Notes: generated by a model from the letters alone, not told the origin. A stretch of 64,000 bases of DNA from an uncultured Bacteroidales bacterium (GCA_964567785.1 CAZMOK010000006.1:7331-71330); one strand, 5' to 3'; counted from the stretch's first letter, positions 1 through 10,167 are shown. Program-made: numbers and translations.

Positions 1-459
1 CGTAATAAAGTAAAATACATAGCCCCTTTTGTGGAGATGATAGAATCGGTCGACAGTCTGAAACTGCTAAAAGAGATCAATAAGCAGGCTGTTAAGAACG
101 AAAGGGAAATAAAGTGCCTGCTCCAGTTCCATATCGCTGATGAGGAATCAAAGTTTGGCCTTTCGATGGATGAATTCACAGAAATGGTTTCATCACCGGT
201 TTTTGGTGAACTGAAAAACATAGAACTTTGCGGTGTAATGGGGATGGCGACTTTCACAGAAGATATGGACCAGGTAAGAAAAGAGTTTAGGCAGCTAAAG
301 AGCATTTTCGACCGTATAAAAGATGAACATTTTGCCTCAGATGATCAGTTCAGGGAGATCTCCATGGGAATGACCGGCGACTACAAGGTTGCCCTGGAAG
401 AGGGAAGCACAATTGTACGGATAGGCACTGCAATTTTCGGAGAAAGAAATTACGGATAA
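1..459 (+). CDS. yggS: YggS/PROSC PLP-homeostasis protein (5'-partial)
   Basis: Frame is open from base 1 (RNKVKYIAPFVEMIESVDSL). It contains GVMGMAT and ends in the family C-terminus SMGMTGDY...GSTIVRIGTAIFGER. Confidence 0.93.
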   Translation, partial: RNKVKYIAPFVEMIESVDSLKLLKEINKQAVKNEREIKCLLQFHIADEESKFGLSMDEFTEMVSSPVFGELKNIELCGVMGMATFTEDMDQVRKEFRQLKSIFDRIKDEHFASDDQFREISMGMTGDYKVALEEGSTIVRIGTAIFGERNYG

Positions 460-472
460 CCTGTAATATAAG

Positions 473-1423
473 TTGGAATATTTTCTTTTCATACTGGGTT
501 TCGGACTGCTTATCTATGGTGCCGACCTGCTGGTGAACGGCGCTTCGGCGATTGGATCAAAGCTCAATATTCCCGACACAGTGATAGGTCTTACCATTGT
601 GGCGCTGGGAACATCCCTTCCGGAAGTTGTGATCAATGTTTTTGCAAGTGCCAGGGGTGATACTTCACTGGCTATATCGAATGTGCTGGGAAGTAATATG
701 ATGAACATTCTTTTGATTGTGGGGACAGCTTCCATAATCTATCCTTTGAAGATAACCAGGTCGACAACTTACAGGGATATTCCAGTAAACTTTTTCGCGG
801 TCATCCTTTTGGCCCTGCTGATCAATGATGCGTATTTTGGTTTCGGAAAAATCAGCCGGCTTGGTCCCATCGAAGGTCTTTTCTTTCTCCTTCTGATGAT
901 CATTTATATTGTAGTTTCACTCAGGAAGAGCAAGATCGAAAATGAACCCGATCCCCGCTCAATCGGCACACCTTTTATGAAATCATTGTTACTGTTATTG
1001 CTGGGGGTAGCAATGATGGTACTTGGAGGGCGCTGGATAGTGAACGGCACGATTAAAGTATCGGAGTTACTCGGGATCTCAAGCTCCGAAGTAGGCCTGG
1101 TGGTGGTCGCAACAGCAACCTCACTCCCTGAACTGGCAACCTCGGTGATAGCGGCAATTAAAAAGAACCCCGGCATCGCAGTGGGAAATGCAGTTGGTTC
1201 CTGCATTTTCAATATTTTCCTGGTGCTTGGGCTGAGCTCAGTCATCACCCCCCTGCCCTTCGACCTAACCAGCACTTATGATATGTTGATGGTGCTGCTG
1301 GCCAGTATGCTGATCTTCATTTTTGTGTTTACGGGCAGGGGCCGACAGATAGAGAGATGGGAAGGCATCCTGATGATCGCTATCTATTTTGGCTATATGA
1401 TTTACCGCCTGGGATTCAACTGA
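473..1423 (+). CDS. Calcium/sodium antiporter (CaCA, YrbG-like)
   Basis: Two alpha repeats, GTSLPE...SNVLGSN and ATSLPE...GNAVGSC; about 10 hydrophobic segments. Confidence 0.9.
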   Translation: MEYFLFILGFGLLIYGADLLVNGASAIGSKLNIPDTVIGLTIVALGTSLPEVVINVFASARGDTSLAISNVLGSNMMNILLIVGTASIIYPLKITRSTTYRDIPVNFFAVILLALLINDAYFGFGKISRLGPIEGLFFLLLMIIYIVVSLRKSKIENEPDPRSIGTPFMKSLLLLLLGVAMMVLGGRWIVNGTIKVSELLGISSSEVGLVVVATATSLPELATSVIAAIKKNPGIAVGNAVGSCIFNIFLVLGLSSVITPLPFDLTSTYDMLMVLLASMLIFIFVFTGRGRQIERWEGILMIAIYFGYMIYRLGFN

Positions 1424-2645
1424 TCCGTTGCATTCCCGCACCCGCTCCAGGAATGTAAAACCCGGGGTATATTTTTGTTTTGTTAAAATACTTCCCGGTT
1501 ACCACTCTTTTAAATTCAGCCAGTTGATCATTTAAAACAAAATTTACCGTGCACCCGCCAAAGCCTGCACCCGTCATCCTGCTGCCGGCCACCCCTTCAA
1601 TTTCCAATGCGGATCTCACCAGCAGGTCAAGTTCGGGGCCGGTGACTTCATAATCGTTTTTGAGGCTTTCATGGCTCTCGATCATTAACCTTCCAAATTC
1701 ATTTATGTTGCCGGCTATAAGATTCTCAACAGATCTGAGCACTCTTTCGTTTTCACTTATTACGTGCCTTGCCCGGCGTAAGGCAATTTCATCCTTTTTC
1801 AGGGCATCATTTCTTTCAAGGTCACTCAGGTTGGCTTCGCGCAGTGATAAGATCCTTCTGGATTTGTTTATGTGACTTACTGCGCGATGACATTCCTGCA
1901 CCCTTTCATTATAGTTGGAACCTGACAGTCCACGTGATTTTTTACTGTCGACTATCACAAGGCGGTAATCACCAAGGTTTAAAGGGATCTGTTTATGATC
2001 AAGGCTCCTGCAATCGAGGAAAAGGGCATGCCCCTCCCTCCCCATGCCAACAGCAAACTGGTCCATTATGCCACATTTGAGCCCTACGAAATCATTTTCA
2101 GCCTTTTGCGATAATCTGGCCAATTCAACAGGTGAATGTGCCGTATTATACAATTCATGCATTGCCAGGGCTGTTACCATTTCTATCGAAGCTGAAGAGG
2201 ATAGTCCTGCACCTGTTGGAATATTTCCTTTAAAGAGCAATTCCAGTCCGTTCACATTCCTTTCCCTGACCTTCATTTCCTTGATTATCCCCAGCGGATA
2301 ATTGACCCATTCCAGCTTCTGCCTTGGTATAGTTCCAGCAACAGGGACTTCAATTCCACCATCAAAATTCATACTGTTGAGCTTAAAAGTGCCGTGACCG
2401 GCCTTCCTGACAGCAAGAAAAGTTCCGTAACCTATTGCCACAGGCAAGACAAACCCCTCGTTGTAATCTGTATGCTCCCCTATCAGATTTACTCTGCCCG
2501 GCGCGAAATATATCTTTGGATCATTTCCCTTATCACCGTAAAATGAAAAGAATTTTTCGAGCAGATCATTTACGATATCATTATCCATGTCAGCTAAAGT
2601 ATTCAATATATTCTTATAAGGATCAAAACTCATATGCCCGGTCAA
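1416..2645 (-). CDS. galK: Galactokinase (start codon uncertain; ATG at 2633 or 2588 also possible)
   Basis: PGRVNLIGEHTDYN, PTGAGLSSSAS and RMTGAGFGGC GHMP/galactokinase motifs. Confidence 0.93.
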   Translation of the reverse strand: MTGHMSFDPYKNILNTLADMDNDIVNDLLEKFFSFYGDKGNDPKIYFAPGRVNLIGEHTDYNEGFVLPVAIGYGTFLAVRKAGHGTFKLNSMNFDGGIEVPVAGTIPRQKLEWVNYPLGIIKEMKVRERNVNGLELLFKGNIPTGAGLSSSASIEMVTALAMHELYNTAHSPVELARLSQKAENDFVGLKCGIMDQFAVGMGREGHALFLDCRSLDHKQIPLNLGDYRLVIVDSKKSRGLSGSNYNERVQECHRAVSHINKSRRILSLREANLSDLERNDALKKDEIALRRARHVISENERVLRSVENLIAGNINEFGRLMIESHESLKNDYEVTGPELDLLVRSALEIEGVAGSRMTGAGFGGCTVNFVLNDQLAEFKRVVTGKYFNKTKIYPGFYIPGAGAGMQRIS

Positions 2646-2658
2646 TGTAAAAAATAAT

Positions 2659-2666
2659 TAACTTTG
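2659..2666 (+). promoter_or_regulatory. Bacteroidota -7 promoter box for tRNA-Arg
   Basis: TAACTTTG matches the TAnnTTTG consensus, 15 nt before the tRNA. Confidence 0.6.
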
Positions 2667-2681
2667 CACCGTTTTACCAAT

Positions 2682-2755
2682 GGCCGCTTAGCTTAACTGG
2701 ATAGAGCATCTGACTACGGATCAGAAGGTTAGGGGTTCGAATCCCTTAGCGGTCA
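2682..2755 (+). tRNA. tRNA-Arg(ACG)
   Basis: Acceptor stem GGCCGCT/AGCGGTC; anticodon arm TCTGA-CTACGGA-TCAGA; T-loop GGTTCGAATCC; no encoded CCA. Confidence 0.95.
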
Positions 2756-2804
2756 CTAAAAAAAACCGTCCTGCGTCAACGGCGCATCAATCCCTGGGGC
2801 ATAC

Positions 2805-3731
2805 ATGTCGAAGAGCGAGTCATTTGCTGTAAAGACCCTCGATCGTACAGATTTACATGTGCATAGCTGGATACCTGAAAAACCTGTCGCCGTTCTGATA
2901 GTTGTACACGGCATGATTGAACATGGTGGCAGGTATAGCAGGTTTGCCGTTTACATGGCTGAAAGGAATATAGCAGTTTACGCCCCTGACCACCGAGGTC
3001 ACGGATTGTCTTTGGATAAAAACGGCAAGCGTGGTTTTTTCGGTGATGGTGTTACTTGGGAAGTTCTTGTGAACGACCTTTTTTGCCTTTGGAGGCATGC
3101 TGATATGCATTTCCCGGAACTGCCTGTTTTCATGTTGGGCCAGAGCATGGGCTCAATACTTACCAGGGCTTTCATCTCAAAATATGGTGAACATGTTAAA
3201 GGGGCTGTACTGGCAGGGACTTTCCAGAACCCGAAATTGCTGATCAGAACAGGTGTGCTTCTTTCGCAGATCATCATAAAACTACGGTCGGGCAGTTACT
3301 TCAGTAATTTTGTGCATAAGCTTTCCACAGGCCGGTTTAATGCACCTTTTAAGCCTGCCAGGACACCCTTCGACTGGATATCCAGTGATAACGAGGTAGT
3401 AGATGAATATATAGCTGATCCTTTTGCAGGCCATGAATTCACTGTAGGTTCATGGAATGTCTTATACAGGCTTTACCTTGCAGTGAGAAAATCTGAGAAA
3501 GAAAAGGCAATTCCTTCTCACCTTCCCGTCCTGCTGTTATCCGGCGGTGAAGACCCCGTGGGTAAAATGGGGAAACATCCGCAAAAAGTCTTTTCAAGTT
3601 ACAAGAAAACAGGCATGCAGGATGTTGAGTTAAAGTTGTATCCGGGTAAAAGGCATGATATCATCAATGAAACAAACCGGGAGGAAGTTTATCACCTCCT
3701 GGTTGATTGGATAAAAGATCATATCATTTAA
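2805..3731 (+). CDS. Alpha/beta hydrolase, lysophospholipase/monoacylglycerol lipase family
   Basis: VVHGMIEH, DHRGHG, nucleophile elbow GQSMG, C-terminal RHDIINE. Confidence 0.85.
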   Translation: MSKSESFAVKTLDRTDLHVHSWIPEKPVAVLIVVHGMIEHGGRYSRFAVYMAERNIAVYAPDHRGHGLSLDKNGKRGFFGDGVTWEVLVNDLFCLWRHADMHFPELPVFMLGQSMGSILTRAFISKYGEHVKGAVLAGTFQNPKLLIRTGVLLSQIIIKLRSGSYFSNFVHKLSTGRFNAPFKPARTPFDWISSDNEVVDEYIADPFAGHEFTVGSWNVLYRLYLAVRKSEKEKAIPSHLPVLLLSGGEDPVGKMGKHPQKVFSSYKKTGMQDVELKLYPGKRHDIINETNREEVYHLLVDWIKDHII

Positions 3732-3740
3732 GCAGAAGCC

Positions 3741-4310
3741 ATGAAAAAATACGAAGAGATCATCACTAAATATTATCCCAAAGATTCTTTAAGGTACAAG
3801 TACTATTACACACATTCCAGGGCTGTTACCGGCCTTGCCCTGAAGGTTGCCGAAATCAACCCACAACTCAGACCCGATATCGATTACATTGAAACAGCCG
3901 CAATGCTTCATGATATAGGGATATTTCTTACCGACGCACCGCAAATTGGCTGTTACGGTGATCAGCCCTATATCTGCCACGGTTACCTTGGAAGGGAACT
4001 GCTTGAAAAAGAGGGATTAACTGAAATAGCCCCGATATGTGAGAGACATATTGGCGTTGGCATTACCGTAGATGAGATAAAAAGAAGAAACTTACCGCTC
4101 CCGTTAAGGGATATGACCCCACAGACCACCGGGGAAAAGATCATCTGCTATGCTGATAAATTCTTTTCCAAATCCTCCGAAGACCTTACAAAGCCAAAGT
4201 CCATCGATAAAATCATCATCAAGCTTTCAAAACACGGCACTGAGAAGGCGGAGAAGTTCAGGGAAATGATGGAGCTTTTCGGCGCAGATTACGTTTACAA
4301 TGAACAATGA
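3741..4310 (+). CDS. HD-domain (HDIG-type) metal-dependent phosphohydrolase
   Basis: THSRAV, LHDIG, HGYLG, ERHIG and YADKF metal-ligand motifs. Confidence 0.85.
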   Translation: MKKYEEIITKYYPKDSLRYKYYYTHSRAVTGLALKVAEINPQLRPDIDYIETAAMLHDIGIFLTDAPQIGCYGDQPYICHGYLGRELLEKEGLTEIAPICERHIGVGITVDEIKRRNLPLPLRDMTPQTTGEKIICYADKFFSKSSEDLTKPKSIDKIIIKLSKHGTEKAEKFREMMELFGADYVYNEQ

Positions 4311-4345
4311 ACAATTAACTGATAATTGATAATTGATAACTATCT
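4297..4345. repeat. Degenerate heptamer tandem tract between convergent genes
   Basis: ACAATGA ACAATGA ACAATTA ACTGATA ATTGATA ATTGATA ACTATCT in one 7-bp register; includes both stop codons. Confidence 0.75.
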
Positions 4346-5980
4346 TCCAAACACTTTTTCCCCGCCCAAGTAGGTGGCCATCACCTTAACAGAGGGCACA
4401 TCATCTACCGGGATCTGCATAATGTCGCGGTCAAGGATAACAAAGTCGGCAAATTTGCCCGGTTCAAGGCTTCCTTTGATATCCTCCTCGAAACTGCCCT
4501 TAGAGGCCCAGATGGTCATAGATCTCAGTGTTTGCTCCCTGGTAAGGGCATTTTCCATCTGAAAACCGCCATCAGGCCAGCCCTGCATATCTTTACGCGC
4601 AACAGAGGCATAAAAAGTATTCAGCGGGTCGATCTCCTCAACCGGGAAATCCGTACCGTTTACCACCCATCCGTTCTGTGCCAGCAGGTCCTTGAAGGCA
4701 TAAGCATGCTTGATCCTTTCGGGACCGAGCCTCTCATCTGCCCAGTACATGTCGGAAGTGGCATGTGTGCCCTGTATGGATGGGATTACTGAATAGTTCC
4801 CGAATAATTCCAGATCGGCGGGATTGACAACCTGGGCATGCTCTATCCGCCATCTCCTGTCATTCTCTCCCTTCAGCACCTCGCCGTATAGCTGCAGCGT
4901 GAGACGAGTGGCAGAATCGCCTATGCAGTGCGTATTGACCTGGAAACCGTTTTCATACGCCTGTGAAAACATATCCCTGAAATAGTCAGGTTCAGCAAGT
5001 AATAGGCCTTTGTTGTCAGGATCATCAGCATATGGCTCAAGCATTAAAGCACCTCTGGAACCCAGAGCACCATCGGTGTAAAATTTCAATGAGTTAACTC
5101 TTAGATAGTCTGTGTGGTAGGGGCCTTTTTCAAAAACAATGTCGAGGTTCTCCTTTTTCGGGGTCACCATTGCGTTGATCCGCATTTTGAGTGAACCCGA
5201 TTGCTGGAGCGAATCGATCAGATCGATTATTTCCAAATCCAGTCCTGCATCAACCACGGAGGTCAGGCCCACGCCAAAACATTTCTTCTGCGCTTCGATC
5301 AAGGCGTGGTTGACCTGTTTGTTCTTTGGTTCAGGTATCGCGGCCTTCATCGTGTCGATCGCATTGTCGAGGAGGATACCTGTCAGCTTTCCGTCCTTCT
5401 TGATGATGTCCCCGCCGGGGATTACCGTATTTTCATCAATTCCCGCCCTGCGGAGCGCTTCATTGTTCACAAGTATTGCGTGACCATCGATGCGGGTGAG
5501 GATGACAGGGTTATCGGGATACAGCTTATTGAGCATCTCATTGTCAGGGAACTCCTTCATATCCCAGTCGTTCTGGTCCCATCCCCTGCCGGTGATCCAG
5601 ACATATGGATGAGATTCATGAAAATTCTGCAACACCTGGATCACTTCATCAAAGGAAGATGTGCCGGTGAGGTCGGCCGACTGGATCAGCCCAAGGCCGA
5701 AACCATAGTAATGGCAGTGCCCGTCGATAAAACCGGGATAGACCGGTTTACCCCCTGCATCAACCACGTCATCAGCCGTATAGTTTTCGAGGATCTGATC
5801 GTTGCTGCCAACAGAAACGATTTTTCCATCTTTTACGGCAAGGGCTTCTGCTACGGAGAACTTATCATCAACGGTGTAGATCACGGCGTTGTGCACCAGG
5901 AGGTCGGCTTTTTTAACGTTCTGACAGGAAAAAGCTATAATCATGATAAGTATAATCTTAGTTGAGTACAAGTATTTCAT
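4340..5980 (-). CDS. Amidohydrolase 3 family (YtcJ-like) lipoprotein
   Basis: PGFIDGHCH, HCIGD, RIEHAQ, GTDFPVE and GSLEPGKFAD; signal peptide ends in lipobox-like AFSC. ATG at 5980 preferred over TTG at 5992. Confidence 0.88.
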   Translation of the reverse strand: MKYLYSTKIILIMIIAFSCQNVKKADLLVHNAVIYTVDDKFSVAEALAVKDGKIVSVGSNDQILENYTADDVVDAGGKPVYPGFIDGHCHYYGFGLGLIQSADLTGTSSFDEVIQVLQNFHESHPYVWITGRGWDQNDWDMKEFPDNEMLNKLYPDNPVILTRIDGHAILVNNEALRRAGIDENTVIPGGDIIKKDGKLTGILLDNAIDTMKAAIPEPKNKQVNHALIEAQKKCFGVGLTSVVDAGLDLEIIDLIDSLQQSGSLKMRINAMVTPKKENLDIVFEKGPYHTDYLRVNSLKFYTDGALGSRGALMLEPYADDPDNKGLLLAEPDYFRDMFSQAYENGFQVNTHCIGDSATRLTLQLYGEVLKGENDRRWRIEHAQVVNPADLELFGNYSVIPSIQGTHATSDMYWADERLGPERIKHAYAFKDLLAQNGWVVNGTDFPVEEIDPLNTFYASVARKDMQGWPDGGFQMENALTREQTLRSMTIWASKGSFEEDIKGSLEPGKFADFVILDRDIMQIPVDDVPSVKVMATYLGGEKVFGR

Positions 5981-6095
5981 TTCGTGGGTCAATTATTTAT
6001 AACAAAATTAAAAGTATCCTGTTAATTAATTACATTTATCCACCGAAGTTAATGGTAAAAGGTTTTTATCTTTGCGGAACATTAAAGAGGCAACA

Positions 6096-6650
6096 ATGAA
6101 GAATCTACAATTCAACCCCAGGTTAATAGCTCTTACATCCATAATCCTTTTCGGCGCTTTTATGAGGCTCATCCCTCACTGGCCCAACTTTACACCGGTT
6201 GCAGCCATTGCATTATTCGGCGGCGCCTATTTCTCGAGGAAATATTTGGCGTTCCTTATCCCTTTTGCCGCCATGTTCTTAAGTGACCTGGTAATCGGGT
6301 TCCATAGTTCCATGTGGGCAGTTTACATCGGCTTTGCCATAACTGTTGTAATCGGCATCAGGCTCAGCCGGAATGTTACGGCAGGGAATGTCATTATTTC
6401 AGCCCTGGGCTCTTCCATTGTTTTTTTCCTTATCACCAATTTCGCCTCCTGGCTGGCCTTTGGATTATACCCAAAGAATTTCATAGGACTGATGGAGAGT
6501 TACATTGCCGGGCTGGCGTTCTTCAATGACGGTAAGCTTGGTCTTTCATTCTTCCTGAATGAAGTTTTGGGAACCCTTACTTACAGCGCGGTTTTCTTCG
6601 GGGTTTTTGCCCTGGCGAAGATGAAATTCCCGATACTGAGATCAGCCTGA
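6096..6650 (+). CDS. DUF6580-type putative membrane transport protein (ECF S-component-like)
   Basis: RLIPHWPNFTPVAAIALFGG signature; 5-6 TM helices. The TTG at 6072 lies inside the TATCTTTG promoter box (6067-6074), so ATG 6096 is the likely start. Confidence 0.7.
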   Translation: MKNLQFNPRLIALTSIILFGAFMRLIPHWPNFTPVAAIALFGGAYFSRKYLAFLIPFAAMFLSDLVIGFHSSMWAVYIGFAITVVIGIRLSRNVTAGNVIISALGSSIVFFLITNFASWLAFGLYPKNFIGLMESYIAGLAFFNDGKLGLSFFLNEVLGTLTYSAVFFGVFALAKMKFPILRSA

Positions 6651-6694
6651 AAAATAATTATTACCGGAACCTAGATAAAACAGAATTCCATTCT

Positions 6695-7078
6695 TTATTC
6701 AAACAACCCCTCATCCCTTTCCAGCAGAAGGATTGCATGTTGTGGGACTATAAAGTATTTTTCACCGTCGTAGGCGATTTCTATGGCGCTCTTCTGCAGG
6801 AAGATGGCGTGGTCGCCAACCTGCGCCTGCAGCGGCACATACTGGATCTTGTCTTCCATTCTTTTCCAGGGCTCGTCGCCACCCTCGGTTGGAAGAGGAA
6901 TGGGGTAACCCGGCCCTGTCTTTATGACATAACCCGAGCGGATCTCCTCTTTCTCCTTGTAACCCGGCGGCAGGTACAGACCGCTTTTCGTCTTGTCTTT
7001 TAAAGTTTTGGGTTTTATAAGGACCCTGTCCCCTACAACGATGAGTTTTTCAAGTCCGTCATCCTTATTAGCTGCCAT
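6695..7078 (-). CDS. Stand-alone GroES/Cpn10-family co-chaperone
   Basis: VGDRVLIKP...KTKSGLYLP, GPG, VGDHAIF; no groEL adjacent. Confidence 0.8.
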   Translation of the reverse strand: MAANKDDGLEKLIVVGDRVLIKPKTLKDKTKSGLYLPPGYKEKEEIRSGYVIKTGPGYPIPLPTEGGDEPWKRMEDKIQYVPLQAQVGDHAIFLQKSAIEIAYDGEKYFIVPQHAILLLERDEGLFE

Positions 7079-7131
7079 ATTAATGTGAATTTTCTGAATC
7101 TTGAATCCCGGTGATCAAAGCATCGGTATCA

Positions 7132-7159
7132 CTGCAAAAATATGACTAATTTTGCAGTA
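7132..7159. promoter_or_regulatory. Back-to-back divergent -7 promoter boxes (groES-like gene / mutL operon)
   Basis: ACTGCAAAA-N10-TTTTGCAGT inverted repeat, equal to TATTTTTG on the - strand and TAATTTTG on the + strand. Confidence 0.6.
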
Positions 7160-7171
7160 AATTAGTTTATC

Positions 7172-7477
7172 ATGAAGATTGTATTCTTCAGAAGGCCTAA
7201 ACCGAAGCAATTCAGTTACAGACCATTGTACTACGATCCCGAGAAGGAAGCCCGGGAAGAGAGAAAGAAAGAACTGGGACTGATAGAAGACGGGGATCCC
7301 AGGGCACGGCTCAAGTCGGAGATCAGGAGGAAATGGCGCAGGAATGATGACACCAGGCCATCAACCTACAATGGGGTCAGGATCATCTTTTACCTGTTTA
7401 TAATCGTCCTTTCGGTATATTTTATCTTCTTCACCGATTTCATTCAAAATCTTTTCAAGGTCTTCGGAGGTAATTGA
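7172..7477 (+). CDS. Small membrane hypothetical protein
   Basis: RRPKPKQFSYRPLYYDP, one C-terminal TM helix; TGATG overlap with mutL. Confidence 0.7.
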   Translation: MKIVFFRRPKPKQFSYRPLYYDPEKEAREERKKELGLIEDGDPRARLKSEIRRKWRRNDDTRPSTYNGVRIIFYLFIIVLSVYFIFFTDFIQNLFKVFGGN

Positions 7478-9309
7478 TGGCAGATATCATCAGGCTATTA
7501 CCCGATACTGTAGCGAACCAGATAGCAGCAGGCGAAGTGATACAACGCCCGGCCTCTGCTGTTAAGGAGTTACTTGAAAATTCGGTTGACTCAGGCGCCG
7601 GCGAGATAAAACTGATCATTAAGGATGCCGGTAAATCACTAATCCAGGTTGTCGATAACGGTTGCGGAATGTCGCATATCGATGCACGGATGGCTTTTGA
7701 AAGGCATGCCACTTCGAAGATCAGCAAAGCCGATGATCTTTTCGCAATCAAAACACTTGGGTTCAGGGGTGAGGCCCTTGCTTCCATTGCTGCCATTGCG
7801 CAGGTCGAGGTCAAAACCAGGCTTCATGAGGATGAACTTGGCACCTGTATTATTGTTGAAGGATCGAAGGTGAAATCGCAGAACCCCTGTCAGTGCCCTC
7901 CGGGGACTTCGATTCTTGTCAAAAATCTCTTCTTCAACATTCCTGCACGAAGGAATTTCCTTAAATCAAACACTTCGGAACTCAAGCACATTATTGACGA
8001 ATTCTTCAGGGTTGCTCTGGTATACAAAGACATAAGATTTTCATTTCATAATAATAACGAACTGCTGCACCAGCTTCCTCTTTCAGGTATCAAACAGCGT
8101 ATCGTCAACCTTTTTGGGAAAGGTTTCAACGAAAAGCTTATTCCTCTTGAACATGTCACAAGTAATCTGAAAATGACCGGGTTCATAGGAAAACCGGAAT
8201 TTGCGAAAAAAACCAGGGGCGAGCAGTTCTTCTTCGTTAACGGGAGGTTCATCAAGCATGCCTACCTGAACCACTCCATAAACAGTGCTTTTCAGGAGTT
8301 GCTCCCAAAAGATTCGTTCCCAACCTATTTTGTATATATCGAGGTTGATCCAAAGGTGATCGACATAAACATCCATCCCACGAAAACAGAACTGAACTTC
8401 CAGGAAGCACAGCTTATATACGCCGCACTCAGATCGGCCGTAAGGCAGGCATTAGGAATGCACAATGTGATGCCTTCCATAGACTTCAACACCGAAAGGA
8501 GTCTCGATTTCAGCCCGCCCGGGCGCGACAGGGTTCCTGAAAACCCCTTCGAAAGACCCAAAAAACCCTTTAACCCCTTTGAAACATCGGATATCCCTCC
8601 CGAGAGAAAAAAATCATTCCAGCAAAAGATCAACATCGAAAACTGGGAGAAGCTTTACCGGTCGTCAGGTGATGAAGGAGATAAAGATGACCGATCATCA
8701 TTCCTTATCGATCCGGATTGGAAAAAAGACGACGGCGACGAAGAAAAAGGTAATATTTTCCAGCTTCAGAACAGGTTCATAATCACGAACATCAAGTCGG
8801 CAATTGTCATCATCGACCAGCACAAAGCCCATTTAAGGATACTTTACGAAAAAAACCTTGAAACCCTTAAAGACAGTAAACCGGTTACCCAGAGCGAACT
8901 ATTCCCTGAGAACATTACCTTTTCCGGGAGTGACGTGGCCGTTATCGACGAACTGATACCTGAACTGGAATTGCTGGGATTCAGTTTGAACAAATTGAGC
9001 AATACCACGTTTGTTGTCGATGGCACTCCGTCGGGACTGAAAAGCGCAAGCATCCAGGAAATTTTTGAAGGGATACTTGATAACTATAAAAAGAACCTCC
9101 TGGAACTGAATCTTGATAAAAAGATTAATTTAGCCCGGTCGCTGGCAGCTAACCTGGCAATCAGCCCCGGCAAAAAGCTTCACAAGGAAGAGATCATGAA
9201 AATCGTTGATGAACTCTTTGCCTGCAAGGTGCCGGAGGTGACACCCGATGGTGACAGGATCTATGCCATTTTAGGGGTCAGTGACATCCAAAATCTTTTA
9301 GAAAGTTAA
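7477..9309 (+). CDS. mutL: DNA mismatch repair protein MutL
   Basis: NQIAAGEVIQRPASAVKELLENS, DNGCGM, RHATSK and GFRGEALASI GHKL motifs; C-terminal dimerisation domain. Confidence 0.96.
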   Translation: MADIIRLLPDTVANQIAAGEVIQRPASAVKELLENSVDSGAGEIKLIIKDAGKSLIQVVDNGCGMSHIDARMAFERHATSKISKADDLFAIKTLGFRGEALASIAAIAQVEVKTRLHEDELGTCIIVEGSKVKSQNPCQCPPGTSILVKNLFFNIPARRNFLKSNTSELKHIIDEFFRVALVYKDIRFSFHNNNELLHQLPLSGIKQRIVNLFGKGFNEKLIPLEHVTSNLKMTGFIGKPEFAKKTRGEQFFFVNGRFIKHAYLNHSINSAFQELLPKDSFPTYFVYIEVDPKVIDINIHPTKTELNFQEAQLIYAALRSAVRQALGMHNVMPSIDFNTERSLDFSPPGRDRVPENPFERPKKPFNPFETSDIPPERKKSFQQKINIENWEKLYRSSGDEGDKDDRSSFLIDPDWKKDDGDEEKGNIFQLQNRFIITNIKSAIVIIDQHKAHLRILYEKNLETLKDSKPVTQSELFPENITFSGSDVAVIDELIPELELLGFSLNKLSNTTFVVDGTPSGLKSASIQEIFEGILDNYKKNLLELNLDKKINLARSLAANLAISPGKKLHKEEIMKIVDELFACKVPEVTPDGDRIYAILGVSDIQNLLES

Positions 9310-9313
9310 TTTA

Positions 9314-10165
9314 ATGAGTGATCAATACAGACCAACCGGATTCAGGCTGCTCCCAACAGTAGTAAAAAACCTTCTGATCATCAACATACTGGTTTTTTTG
9401 CTTCAGATGGTTGCGCCGCAGCTTTTCGGTTTCAGGCTGGAAGATGAAATGGGGCTGCATTATTTCGGGGCTTCCGATTTCAGGCCCTGGCAATTTGTTA
9501 CCTACATGTTCCTGCATGGCGACTTCGGCCATCTTTTCTTCAATATGTTTGCACTCTGGATGTTCGGCTACATGCTGGAAAACGTCTGGGGGCCAAAGAA
9601 ATTCCTGACTTACTACATGCTCACAGGTTTCGGGGCCGCCGCTCTGCATTACTTTGTTATTTACCTGCAGATCAACCCTGTGGCAGAAACTATTACCAGC
9701 ATTATTAATGATCCCTCAGCAGACAAAATACTGGCTTTCACACAGGAACATACCTTTGCGCTGAACCAGTATTCGGGCGAGATATACAACAGATTCCGTG
9801 ATTTCAGGGAAGATGTGTCGGCACTGGCCATGAACCCCGGCAACAGGCTTGCCGTGCAGGAGTCTATTAATTTCCTGACTGAATACAAGGAATATTATCT
9901 CAACCTGCCCAATGTAATTGGCGCTTCGGGCGCAGTGTTCGGTATACTGGTCGCTTTTGGCCTTATGTTTCCGAATGTAAACATCTACCTTTACTTTTTA
10001 TTCCCGATAAAAGCAAAATACTTTGTTATCCTTTACGGTGCCATCGAACTTATTTACGGAGTTACCGGCGCAGGTTCCAACGTAGCGCACTTCGCCCACC
10101 TCGGCGGCATGGTTTTTGGCTTCCTGATAATAATGTACTGGAAACGAAGAGGGAGGTTGTTTTAA
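9314..10165 (+). CDS. Rhomboid intramembrane serine protease
   Basis: HLFFNM, GASG (catalytic Ser), AHLGG (catalytic His); soluble insertion of about 80 aa. Confidence 0.9.
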   Translation: MSDQYRPTGFRLLPTVVKNLLIINILVFLLQMVAPQLFGFRLEDEMGLHYFGASDFRPWQFVTYMFLHGDFGHLFFNMFALWMFGYMLENVWGPKKFLTYYMLTGFGAAALHYFVIYLQINPVAETITSIINDPSADKILAFTQEHTFALNQYSGEIYNRFRDFREDVSALAMNPGNRLAVQESINFLTEYKEYYLNLPNVIGASGAVFGILVAFGLMFPNVNIYLYFLFPIKAKYFVILYGAIELIYGVTGAGSNVAHFAHLGGMVFGFLIIMYWKRRGRLF

Positions 10166-10167
10166 TT

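Noticed and set aside
2682-4310. tRNA-Arg as an integration site for a genomic island
   Set aside because: No integrase, no duplicated tRNA 3' end seen, and the downstream genes are ordinary metabolic enzymes.
5993-6095. Cobalamin riboswitch upstream of the DUF6580-like gene
   Set aside because: The interval is short and AT-rich, the -7 box is only 21 nt before the ATG, and no B12-box was seen.
7132-7159. Inverted repeat as a repressor operator or terminator
   Set aside because: It is fully explained by two divergent TAnnTTTG promoter boxes.
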